Of a DNA stretch of 64,000 bases, positions 44,402-56,387 are shown one piece after another. The notes below the pieces were generated by a model. The model was not told where the DNA came from. It did not search any database and worked only from the letters and a program-made list of their open reading frames with translations. The stretch is taken from assembly GCA_946965045.2 (NCBI GenBank), contig OX337228.1:372001-436000 (forward strand), written 5' to 3'. The DNA is from Epithemia pelagica (lineage: Eukaryota > Protista > Bacillariophyta). Within the stretch, counting starts at the first letter, position 1; every line of letters begins with the position of its first letter. The position numbers and the translations under genes are program-made.

Positions 44402-46093
44402 TCAAACAGGATTCTCTTCTTGTTGCCACAGTCGCATCGCCTGTCGCAAGGCGTCCGTCAAGGAAGGGGAGGGTGATGGTGCTGGGGAACGACGGTTCTC
44501 GGCGGAATCCGTGGTTATGGTTGTGGTGGTATGATTGGAGGCCACGAATGGGCGAGTTGTCGTCGTTTTTGTCCTGCTGGGTGTACCATATGTAATGACG
44601 GGTGCCGTCCAATAGTCTTGATAAATGCGTTTCAAGTCGACATGGGCAACCATTGGTAGGCGATAGGCGACGGCTTGACTGACAAAGCCCGTTAATTTGG
44701 TTTGGTGGGGGCCGTCGTCGTCCGCGTCATGAAAGTATTGGGGCGTGGAACTGGGGTCGACCAAGGGAAGCAACACGTGACACTGGGTGGCAATCCGGCG
44801 TTGAAACTCGACAAAGTCACCTTGTTCGAGCACAATCGTGACACGGTGTCGAATCCACGGCAACGACTCTTGTTGTTGGCCATACTCGTCCGCCCATCGA
44901 CGATGAGCCGACCCCGCACTCTGACGGGCATGCAACAAGACGCGAAACCGCAGGATTGGTGGAGGGTGGCTGTTGTTGGTGTTGTTGTGGTGGTTCTTGG
45001 AGTCTTGTTCTTCTTGTTGCACCAAGTCGTTCAAGGCCTGAATCAAGGCGGTTTGCCTCTTGGTTCCACTGGGACACAGGGTAATGGTCCTATTCGTCGT
45101 CTGGTTCCTCGAGGATTGTGATGGTGATGGTCCAGATGGAGAAAAGGGAGACGAAGAACGAGCAAGACTGGCGGTTGCTGTTGTTGTCGTATTTGGGGTT
45201 GTTGTGTTGCCGACGACAATGGCATTGTGATTGTTGGCATCAAATTGGGGCAAATCGGAGGGGAGGAAATGACAGGCGGGGTGCATCAAGGGTGTGACCC
45301 AACACACTTGACCCGTTTGCAGTTGTTGCGGGGTACAGGAGGGACAGGTTCCATGCAAGACACAGTAATGTCGTCGGGGTCGATTTTGCAACCACGGTTG
45401 AAACTTGTACGAATCGCAACTCACCCCAATAAAGGCATGGTAATTGTACTGTTCGGGATGTCGGTAATAGTGGGAATACTGGACCACGCGACCAAATTGT
45501 GCCAGTGTGCCATCGGATCGACGTCGAATCGTCCCCGACAAGACTGTATTGAAATATCGCACATAACTGGACTTGGACAAACTGGTGCCTGTTTCGGTTG
45601 CGCCGAGGTAAAAGTAATGGTTTTCGGCCAAGGCGACATCAAAGACAATAACGGTCGACGTACTGCAATTGAGACGATGCCAGGGAATGGGATATTTCAA
45701 AATGGTACTTTCGATGACTTCGTAATGAGAATCCATTTTGTTTTCCACAGCCACTCGACAGGGAGGATCGCCTGGTGTTCCCAATTCTGGTGGCGGTGCT
45801 TATTGCTGGAGGAATTCATGTGGAGCTGTGATATGCTCCTCCTCCATGTCTTTGTTACGAGTTGTGGTTGGTGTTGATGTGGTGTTGGTAGTGTTGATTT
45901 ACTGCATATTATCGACGGAAAACGTCGGCGCCGTTTGTAATTCTTGGTGGAGCAAATTCAAAAAGACCAGACAGACAATCAAGATCCATGCCACCACTGT
46001 TCGTCGTCGTTGTCTTTGTCGTCCTTGTCTAGATCCTAGTATTAGTTCCAGGAACCGGCTCCATATCGTCCTTGTTGGTGTTGTTGGATGCAT
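44402..46093 (-). pseudogene. Glycosyltransferase-like type II membrane protein, copy 2, two in-frame TAA
   Basis: ORF 45899-46093 (RRRTVVAWILIVCLVFLNLL TM) is in frame with 44402-45784, with stops at 45899-45901 and 45800-45802. GT assignment is tentative. Confidence 0.7.
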
Positions 46094-47687
46094 TGTACAG
46101 AAGGATTGGATCGTTCTTGTGACGATTTGTAGGATGATAAAAGCGACAAGGATGAATTCGACAACAAAGCGATTGCTTTCTGGTTCTGGGGATGTCCATT
46201 ACCTCGGTTTTGTTGGCCAAGTCGCGGTAAAATCGCGCCTTCTGATGGCCATTTGGCCGACAATTTTGCGATGACTAGAAATAGTCGACGCCGGTAGCTC
46301 CGTAGTAATTGACAATGATCCGCGTCTTCAAAGTTAGTTGGCCGAATGGCCATCAGAATTTCTGGTAGGTTAGCTACGTACAGACCAGATTCGGCAATGG
46401 AATCATACTAACCATATCTAGTACTGAGTAGTGTCTACGAGTACCTACTAGCTAGAGCAATGCAATAGAAGTAGATACAAAAGGTTTCTGGCAATAGAGT
46501 AACTTGCCGTAGATGATACGGACTGTCTCTCTTGTGGTTGTTACTACATTTTGTAGAACAGAAAAGGGAAAGGATGAAAAAGCAGAGCCCATACCATGTA
46601 GGTCGACTTTGAGGATGCTCCAGGAAAGAGGCACGTCCGGCAGGATCCCTTGCCAGCACCACCCATGCCACCCGTGGATCAACAACCAACCATGGAGATG
46701 TATAGGGTATGGGGTAAGTGTCGAATGATACAACAGTGCAGTCCAATTTAGAACTGTTCTACGGTTAGCCGGACTCTTTGCTTCCCTGTAGGGTTTAAGC
46801 TAGCCAGGTTGATGGATGAGGATTCATCTACTGGCAACCGATGGGAATAGCAATACATGAACATGGCAGTCACTATAGCTATACATTACACTGGGAGTAG
46901 GCAGAGAAGGTTGATACCTCTCGTACATTAGCTACCAGAAACACTCTTGTTTCCAGTCGGGTGCAAGTATGTGGATTGCCACCACGGAATGGAAAAGTGG
47001 GAGGTAAAAATGATGGATTTGGTCCCAGTGGTTTGGAGTCAAAGATAATTGACTTCTTAAACACATGAGTCATCCCACGATTCCACCATTGTGTCGGAAG
47101 GTGAGCAGTAGCTATTGTAGACATTCTGGCTCGAAAGTACGGAAACCAGAGGCTGAAATAAACAGTAGACCTTTCACTGTATCCACAACCTTTTGCCATG
47201 TTGGTTTTATTGTATAGCCATCATCGGAATACTGGTCCTTTGCCAAATCGAACCAAGCCCAAGCCAATGGAGTACTTTGTTTCACTCAAAAAATTGAAAT
47301 CTCCTTTGTGACGACGGGTAGTTTTCGCAACTAAGCCATAGTCTTCCTATACTGGAATTCCTCAGTAGAAGCAAGATTCCAAATTCCATGCCCTACATAC
47401 GTAGTTGGTACATTTCTCTACATACGTAAATATACGTAGACTAGTACTGGATGGTCTCTGTGGCCATCAATACTTCTAGGGAAGAATGGTTGGGGGACTC
47501 GGGATTCTGGTTGGGGAAAAGACCATCGTTCATCTCTCCGGGACCAGGACTTGTCGCCCTTTTGGTCTTGGCCAAACGTAGGGGTTGGCGTTATTTTTTG
47601 TGACGCGAGTATAAGAGGTCGACAGGCTCTGACGCGCAACGTCCTCCCTCCCGGCGCAAACGATTACCCTTTCCCTCGACAAAACCT

Positions 47688-47775
47688 TACCCCCAAGCAG
47701 GGGTGAGTGAGTCCCGCGTGATCGAATACGCTGCGCTTGTATTCCCTTACTCACCCCCAAGGCGCGTCGGCTGCT
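47688..47775 (+). mobile_element. Isolated left end of the TA-ended 10-bp-TSD family
   Basis: TACCCCCAAGCAGGGGTGAG plus subterminal CTCACCCCCAAGGCGCGTCG, as at 51414-51485. No matching right end or TSD found. Confidence 0.7.
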
Positions 47776-48081
47776 CCCAACTTTGACACAAACTCAGAAC
47801 AACCACAACGCAAACACCACGAGGCCCATCTGGCTGTTGTGGATGGAACAACACCCATGGACCCTCCCAAGTCCAACCGTGTTGTCCATGCTGTCTCTAA
47901 CAACCCAAGGGACATTCCTGGCGCTGCAATTGCTGGTGCGCACACTTTCATTCCAAACACAATGCTACCGCGACGAATCCTCCAAACGTACAACAATCAA
48001 CGATACCAACGCATCCTTGCGAATGACAATGCACTACACGACACAAACAAACGATCCTACAAAGGAGGCGGTACTGACAAC

Positions 48082-49852
48082 AACACGGCCATCGTCTCCC
48101 AAGAAAATGTCCGTCCAACGATGTGCTCACTTGTACTTGGCCGCAGCGGCCCAACGGAACAACAAAGGAGGGGGGTACCAAACAAACCCAAAACAAAATA
48201 GAACCCATCCAAATGCATATATTTTAGAGTGGGTATCACCAAACTTGCTGTAGAACCATGATAAAACGTTCAGGCTGAAAAAGTAGTGGATTCTCACTGG
48301 TTGCGTGTCGTATCACTCAGTTCCTTACTTCAAAGTCCCAACTTGGTTCTACGCATCCTGAGAGTCACCAGGTACATTTCGGTGGCAGCCTTGGAACAAG
48401 AACAACCACAACCGCAAACACAGAACAAAACCACCACCAATAATACAAAAGATACTCATCATGTGCGGGTCTTGAACTTTGTGGCCGAAATTGTGGAATG
48501 TGCCTTCCACAATCGAGGTGCCGACCGAATTTCGGGAAAGGTCCAACGCTTTGTGCGACAAACGGGTTTGCCACATGCCGCTGTGCAACGAATTGCCCGT
48601 GTCGTGTTTCAAGCCATGGCCTATGAAAACATGTTGGCCTTTGAAGTCGGCAACAATACCTTGCTCATTCGGGATTTACAACAAGCCGGTGCGTCTCCAC
48701 CCCATTCCTGGTTCGGACCCAGTCCCCATATCGGTCAAGACCGGTGTATTTTGAATACGCAGAAAATTGTGCAAATGGTCCTGGATATTGTGGAACCCAA
48801 CCAAAAGCTCATTGGGAGACCGGGCTTTTGGGGCATTGAATTTGACGAACTCCGTCGTCCGGCCACGGGCATTCGGGGAGATTTGGACGAAACCTTGGCG
48901 GGAAAAATTCTACCCGAAGTGATTGCCATTGCGTGGGCCGCTCCCTGGCACCAATTGCCGGAGGTCCCACAACTCCTCCCAGTCCTCCACATGCTGCATC
49001 AACAGGTCCGAACCCGTGGCCAGGACTGCACAGCGCCCGTTCCAGTCGCTCTCACGTTTGGTCTGCATGCCATGCTCACCGCCATTTTGGTCATTCAAGA
49101 AAATGGAGATTTAGCACGGTTGGCCTCGTACACCATACAATCCTACAACAAACTCTTTTCGCAGTTGCAGCGGATACAGGAAGATCCTTCCAAATCTTCG
49201 TCATCATCGTCACCTGGAACACAGAATGCGCCCACCTTTTATGCCAATGTACAACTGTTTGGCAATGTAGTTCATTTTGCCCAGCCAGTGTCTGCCACAA
49301 ACTACGATGCTCGACTAGCCTTTTTGGATCCTTCCGAAACGGAGCGACTGGCCTGTTGGAACCCGGTAGTGGGTGGAGAGTACCTGCTGTATGGAACCTA
49401 CATGTGCTCCATCGCTCTTGGGTCCGCTACCATTGATTCCTTGGGACAACTTCGAATGACCCTCCACTTGTATCATGCAATGAAATCCCAACTGTCTCCA
49501 TCACAGATGGATGAACTAAAAGTACCCTTTCTGGAGAATCTCGACCAGGTCTTTTCCAAGACCAAGGCAATCTGGGTAGCAGGACGTGCCCTAGTAGAAA
49601 AGGGTTCCTTTTCCAAACAGTTTTGGATGGCCTGGGGTATGAGCTCGACACAGGCATCCCAGCAGGCCTCTTCCGTATTGGGTGGTGACGAGCAGGAGCC
49701 TTTTGCTGCCTCTCTGCAACGACGTGCACAAATGAATAGCCGATTGCCGGACCAAGGTCTCAGGTATGATGATGATGAGATATGCTGCGTTTTCCCTTTT
49801 TCCACTTTTCTGTGCTTTCTTGAGTGACATGTGTACATAGTATTGTAAAACA
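48082..49852. repeat. Direct duplication, copy 1 (copy 2 = 62230-64000, offset 14148)
   Basis: Identical ORF tracks; one substitution noticed (YDARL vs YDTRL). Confidence 0.97.
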
Positions 49853-51147
49853 CTCACAGAAACCAACGGTACTTTCATTGGTTTACAGGACACTGGAAGA
49901 AATCAAGCCGGGACACTGGAAGAAATCAATCCGGAAGACTTTTGTTCGTCGTACCGTCGACTTGTGTTGCGCGATTGGACGCCAGACGATACTCTAGACG
50001 GTGAAGACGACGTCGTGGCGTACTCGGTTCCCCACAAAACGTCCAACGAAGAACGAAAAAATCTGGCCACCACCGAACAAATTATAGTCCAGATCAACAC
50101 GTTGCGAGATAGCATGGATGAGGATGAAGATTACGTACTCCCCATCAATTTCCCAGTTGTGAGCGGTATTTTACTAGAGTTTCTCCATGTACTTGGAGAA
50201 GGCATGGTATGTTTGGTTTTTCCTCCCTCGTATTCTCAATGCGTTTGAATTCGTGGCAATCGTAGTCTCACTTCTTTTTTCGTTCATGGGTGGGATCATG
50301 GATACGGCTTGTAAAGGGATGGAACAGGATTATCTCACAAGCATTGCGAGGAGCACCAGACGAGGTACGCATGGGAAGGACCATGGGAGGTCGCAAAATG
50401 GAACCAGGAGGCTTTTTGGCGTCCGATTTGAATTTTACAATGCAAGGACTCTCCCATTTCGTCGGTATGTTTCTTGCAACATTGGATCAACCTGATGGAG
50501 ATGGGGGTGGGGATATGGTCGAACGTACCGCCGGGATCATGAAGGAATTCTTTGGTTCTTTGCCCAAGGATCGTTTCTCGTTCTTTGTGGACAGCAGCAC
50601 CGAACCCCCTCGTCGTGGTGAGGTTCGACGAAATCCGTTGGAAGGAACATATCATAGCATGCGCTCTGGTAGATCCATGCAATATCCTTTGCAAGCATTC
50701 ATGCATCTCAAGTACAGCAAGAAGCGAAAAGCAGTCGCGCGTTTGATCAAGCCGGGTAAATATACTCCCTACCTACCATCCGAGGACGGAGACTACGCCG
50801 AATCCCCCTATGTGAAAGAAGGTAGTAAGCTGCCCCGAGAGCCAACCACTGGCAAATTTCGCCATATTGCCAGCTACCACAGCATGGACGAACTCATAGA
50901 TCTGGGATGGGATGGAGCCATGTACGTTTCGAGTCAAGGACAACGACACGGATTATCGGGTCGCTATGTCCCATTCATTGTGGGCTACGATTCCGATTCC
51001 GGTGACGAATACGAACCAATCAATGTGCGTGCGGGGGAACGAGCGGGTATCATTGGACTCCCCCGCTCCGAGGTTGGATCGTACATGGCTGTACCTGACT
51101 TTGGCTCACGCAGCTGCAAGATGGTCAAGCTCAATAACGGTCATTGA
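48286..51147 (+). CDS. Hypothetical multi-exon protein (5' end chimeric in this copy)
   Basis: 513-aa ORF, probable intron about 49763-49888 (CAG|GTATGA...TTACAG), further coding frames 49964-50248 and 50290-51147. Exon structure uncertain. Confidence 0.55.
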
Positions 51148-51413
51148 TGGATGAGAGTCGTGATCGCTCGACCCTCTCTCAGTGCAACATAAAAGTACAT
51201 GCAAATCATCTAGGTAGATAGCCTGAATCAACTCCCCCCTGATATTCGATTTTAGTTATACTAAAAGGATTCACATGTTATTTCAATAGGTAGTATTGTC
51301 ATGCAGCAAACACTTGAATTTTCGAGAACATAATGATTAGGAGTAGGTGGTGCCATACCCATGTAAAATAGCACGGTACAAAAATTGTGATCTTTGGGAA
51401 TTAGGAGGAATTA

Positions 51414-52513
51414 TACCCCCAAGCAGGGGCGAGAATCTGGTCGCACAAAAAGAAGAATCTGTATTCTCACCCCCAAGGCGCGACGGAAAGTCCCCGAGGT
51501 TGATACAAAACTCCCAACACCGCACATACATTCATCGCGGTGGTGGAGGTGCAGTGGTTGATTACGAAGTCTGTAATGTCGACGTCCTCTCCCAAACGAA
51601 CTCGAAGGTCTCAATAGGCTGTGAGGGAAGCCTTCGGCACCCGCAGTGCCTCCGCACTGCCTTATACAACGCAGAACCCAGATGATAACAGAGCCATCGC
51701 CAAAACTACAACTGCACCTCATGCTCAAGAAGCCAACACCAACCCTGCATCCACCGGCAACACGGCCTCGTCGGTTGCTCCGTTGCGCTCTGCTCCCTCT
51801 GCTCGTCCGTATGAAACTCCACAAGTCTGCCGTACTCAGGCAGCAAGCAACGAACAAGCATCCAACAGGTCTGAACCATCCTCAACAAGAGCAATGGACA
51901 GTTTGATCTCGTTGCTTCCAGATCACCGCGAGTGCACAAGATGCGTAGACGTAATCCCCAAGAACAAGAGTACGATTCTGATCCTTCAAGAATCTCGTAG
52001 GTGGAGTAGAACATGTGGTGTCTACTGTCGACTTATACTGGAATCTACATCTAGGAGTATGTGCTTGCGCTTTCTATAGGAGTAGTTGCCCTTTGTCGCA
52101 GAAAGCATCATGGCCATTGGAAAGGGATTCGGGAAAGTTTCTGGGTACAGGAAGAGGTCGATGCCGGGTGTTCTCGGTCACCTCTTGCCTTGGGTTTCTT
52201 GTGGTGGACATGTTGCTTTTATTACGGTGGTGGGAAGGTACGAGAGGGCGGTTGGGAGGCAAAAACGACGTGGTATGACGTCCTTGGATGTCAGGACAGG
52301 GTAATGAAACAATTCGGTGTGTTTTACAACGTTCAGGAGGCATGCACCAACGCTCACAAGTTTGGCTCCGTGTTGAATGTGTTGAGGTGCAATGGCTTTT
52401 GTATCAACCTCGGGAAATCGCTGATTTTGGACGTCGCGCCTTGGGGGTGAGAAGGAGAATCACGGAAATGATTGACGGACAGACTGTAAAAATCTCACCC
52501 CCGCTGGGGGGTA
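51414..52513. mobile_element. 1.1-kb non-autonomous TIR element, 10-bp TSD, inserted in the Gypsy 3' LTR
   Basis: TIR TACCCCC(A/C)AGC(A/G)GGGG(C/T)GAGA; sub-TIR CTCACCCCCAAGGCGCGACG at both ends; TSD GGAGGAATTA (51404-51413, 52514-52523). Confidence 0.92.
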
Positions 52514-52755
52514 GGAGGAATTAGGGGGAATGAGGAATCCACAGTGCCACGTGCGACGAGAAATGACTGGAGGAGGAACAGCCAAATGGTGGGAGATTCA
52601 TGTCGCAGTGTCAAGAACGCGAACCGGGAATGGAACGTGACGACACGTATGGCGGGATCCATATAGGGGTACCGCACTCTACCTCTCCCTGGTCGGACCT
52701 AGGGAGTTCGAGCGGGACAAAAATGGGAAAGCTTGGAGGCCAGCATTAAAACCCA

Positions 52756-55700
52756 TTATTTATTCACGAAATGGAACAAGACGACGAATGTAGTGACGTG
52801 GGGACCACGTTGGATAGTCACAGTGCCATTGGAATGGACTTGTGTAATCCGAAAGGGATTGGGGCTTGTGCGGAGCTCAAGCTTGTCTGGATTCGTGGCG
52901 CGAAGCAACACACGATCGTTGACCACGTAGTCGTGAAAGACACGAGAGCGATTTGCGAGACGAGCGCGTTCATCGACAATCTGTTGTCGTTTCAGACGGA
53001 CTGTTTCCATGTCCGCGATAATAGGGATGTCGAACAGCATGTCGCGATGGAACGCAAGGCTGCCGGGAGAATATTTCAAGGCGCCATGAATGGCAGTGCG
53101 AGTGGAATACGCAGCGGTCTGCAGAGCAGTATCCACAGCAAGTGCAGCATTCTGCGCATCTTGTGGTGGTTCATAGTTGGTGATCACACGAAGAGTGTTT
53201 CCAACAGTCAGATGTAACTGCTCGCAAAGAGCATTTGATTGAGGATTCTTGGCTGTCAATGGTACTGGCTTGATGCCATGATTGCAAAGAACTTGCGAGA
53301 ACGCATGTCCAATAAATTCACCGCCTTGATCAAAAAGGCAACGAACGGGACGAGGATAGCGTGAGAGCCACGCGTTTTCCAATTGAAGACCCACATGACG
53401 TGCCGTCTTATCATGGATGCGAATGAGCTCGCAGAAATTAGTGACATTGTCAATAATAGTCAAGGCTTGAAATGTTAATTTCTGCCCATGAACGGTGACG
53501 TTCCACGGTCCAATGAGGTCGACAGAGATGTCAGCCCATGGATTGCCTCGGACCTCGCGTGGAGGGAGTTCACCGTAATGGCGATGTATGACTTTAGAGC
53601 GTTGGCAGGTAGCACAACTCGACCCGGCTTGTTCACAATACAGGCCCAAGTCAGGATGACTCATGTGTATAGAAATCGTCTCATGAAGACGTGTAGACCC
53701 CAAGTGAATGAGGGACAGGTGATACCAATTAACGGTGTGGGCCAAGAGGCTGTCTGGGATGCGAATACGCCATGCGGCATTAGAATTCTGACGATAACAA
53801 ATCAAGTTGTATTGCGGATTTTCCGTAGGAAAAGGCTGGAGATGAAATCTCTGGGGTTGTTCGGTCAACTTGGCCACAAGAGTGGCATCGTTCTGTTGAC
53901 GGTGATGAATCGTCGCGTAGTCGACAGGCAAGGGTTGATTTGCGGTAATGGGAGGATGATTGAGGTAGACATCGATCAAATCCTCATCCATAAAGATGGG
54001 AGATTCGAAAGCGTCGGGATCACGCGAGTGATGAGAGCGGGGGTCATCATTAGGGCCATGAGGCACTTGCAACACTGAGTGTTGTCCGCTATGATCATAG
54101 AGCGATCATGGATGCGGCGAGGCATCCGTAGAGGAGGTCGACGACGGAGAGACACTCTTCTCCTCCTCTTCAGAGAGAGGGAGATGCGACAAGGCGTCGG
54201 CGATGACATTGTCCTGGCCAGGGACGTAATGAAAAATCGGATTGTACTCCTCGAGGAACAACCGCCAACGGAGGACCCGTCGCAAGTTGAGGGTAGCATA
54301 GGTAAGATTCTTATGGTCCGTATGGACATGCAGTTTGGCACAGCCGAGAAGCATGGAGCGGAACTCTTTAAGGGTTTCGACAATGGAGAGCAACTCCTTT
54401 TCCATAGTAGTTTAGTTGCGTTGAGCAGGGTTCAACTTGCGAGAGTAATATGCAACGGGAACGTCTTGTTGCATGATTACAGCGCCAAGCTGGTAATCAA
54501 AGGCGTCCACATAGACATGGAAGGGAAGGTTATGGTCGGGATACCGAAGAAAGGCATCATGTGCGAGCATGGACTTGGCTTGTTCGAAAGCAAGTTGACA
54601 TTGCGGGGACCAAACGCAGAGATTTTCTTTTTCCAGGGTTTGATCCCAGTGGGTGTAAGCCAATGGCCGAGCCATTCCGTTTCTTTAACGGCCCATTCAC
54701 ACTTGGAAGGGTTAATGGAGAAGTTCTTTTCTTGAAGAAGTTGGAGAACTTTGGACAGGATGTCCACATGTTCTTCCCAAGAATTGGAGAAGATGCCAAT
54801 GTCGTCGATATAGACTTCGACATGGTCGCTGAAGTCACTGAGGACGTCTTCCATTATCTCTTGACAAAAGTCAGGAGATTGTTTGACACCCATCGGCAGA
54901 CGACGGTAACGGAATTTGCCAAAAGGCGTAGTAATGACGCAAAGATTGCTCGATTCCTCATCGAGGCGGAATGTGTAAAAACACATGGAGATGTCCAACT
55001 GGGTAAAATATTTGTAGCCTTCCTGTTTACGAAGCATATCCTTGATACGAGGAAAGGGGTAGACCCGACGGTAGAGTTGGGCGTTCAAAGAACGAAAGTC
55101 CGAAATCATTCGGATGCGGCCATCCTTTTTAGGAATGGCAAAGTGAGGAGCAGCCCATTTGGTGGAACCGACGCGCTCAAGGATGCCGATGTCGACGAAG
55201 CGCCACAGCTCCTTTGTAAAGGTATCGTGTATGTTTCGAGGGACCGAGAAATGGCGATGATGGACAGGCTGGGCATCAGGCTTGAGATGTAGATGGAGCG
55301 TTCGATCCGGGTATTCACGGAGCTCACCATCAAAAATCTTGCCACAGTCTTGCCAAATGGCAAGAAGATCTTGCTTTTGGTCATCGGTAAGATGGTCTTG
55401 TTTATTGATCAACTCTTGTAGATCCGTAGGAACCTAGGTGGAATCCAAGAGGAATTGATCACCAATAATGGGATCGTCGGCAAAGATGTCGATGAAATGA
55501 GACATCAATGTCTGGTTGGTAGCGAATGAATCGCGATGGCGCATGGCGACATCGACTGAGTCCCAAGTTGTGAGACCAGTGTTGAAATTGAGCACAATGC
55601 CCAAGCGACGCAAGAGATCGCGGCCAATAATGATATCGCAACGACAATTGGGGGCATCAAAGATGTCGGCCCAAAGGGGGTATGAAATGTGTTTGGTCCG

Positions 55701-56387
55701 AGAAAACTCGGGGAGAACCAAATCTCCGAGAAGAATCTCGGAGACGTGGTCGCGCGTACCCATGGTGGTATTGACAGACCGATTGGTTACACGTGGATGC
55801 ATGCCGGGCTGAAGACAGCGCGCGTGCAGGATCGTCTTGTCGGCGCCTGAATCGAGCAGGGCACGCAACGGGACGGTGTTCTCGACTCCACCAATGGACC
55901 GAGCCATCAAAATGGTGAGGGGAACGGACGGAGGCTCAGAGGGAGCGACCGAAAGGGGACTAGAGAAACTAGGAGCGTCAGAGACAGAACTAGATGAGTA
56001 GACATCTTCATAGTGATCTAGGTTAGATAAAAAACCATTATTGGGATCAACGATGTCAGCGATGACAGCATCCGTAGGATTTGGGCATTCCTTAAGACAT
56101 GGGGAAGCGTTGGTTTTCGGCGTTGCCTCCAGGGGAGGACAAGTCGTAGATGTGGGCGATATCCATGTTACGCCCGTAGATCTTGAACAATTGTTGGCGG
56201 ACCTTGAGGATTGGGGCCTGAGGATGGCATTCTCGGCCGGCATAGCCTGTGGAAGGCCAGTCTGGATGTGACATTGCTGAGCAAAAAGAACATCAAGATG
56301 ATGAGAGACATCCGGAGAGGATGAAGCAAAAAAGGAAGAAGAACACATACCGGGGACCGTTCGATCGGCATTGCGGAGACTAACCAA
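52756..56387 (-). pseudogene. pol: Gypsy pol (PR, RT, RNase H, IN) split by frameshifts
   Basis: LLDSGAD (PR); LPMGVKQSP, YIDDI (RT); [26 protein letters not shown] (RH); SVDLIGP, FDQGGEF and GPY/F-like tail (IN). Confidence 0.92.

Larger units (their letters stand above)
23880..45772. repeat. Arm 2 of the inverted duplication, containing the Copia and hAT insertions
   Basis: 23880-23964 + 30276-30323 + 37261-45772 is the reverse complement of arm 1 minus the Crypton. Confidence 0.93.
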
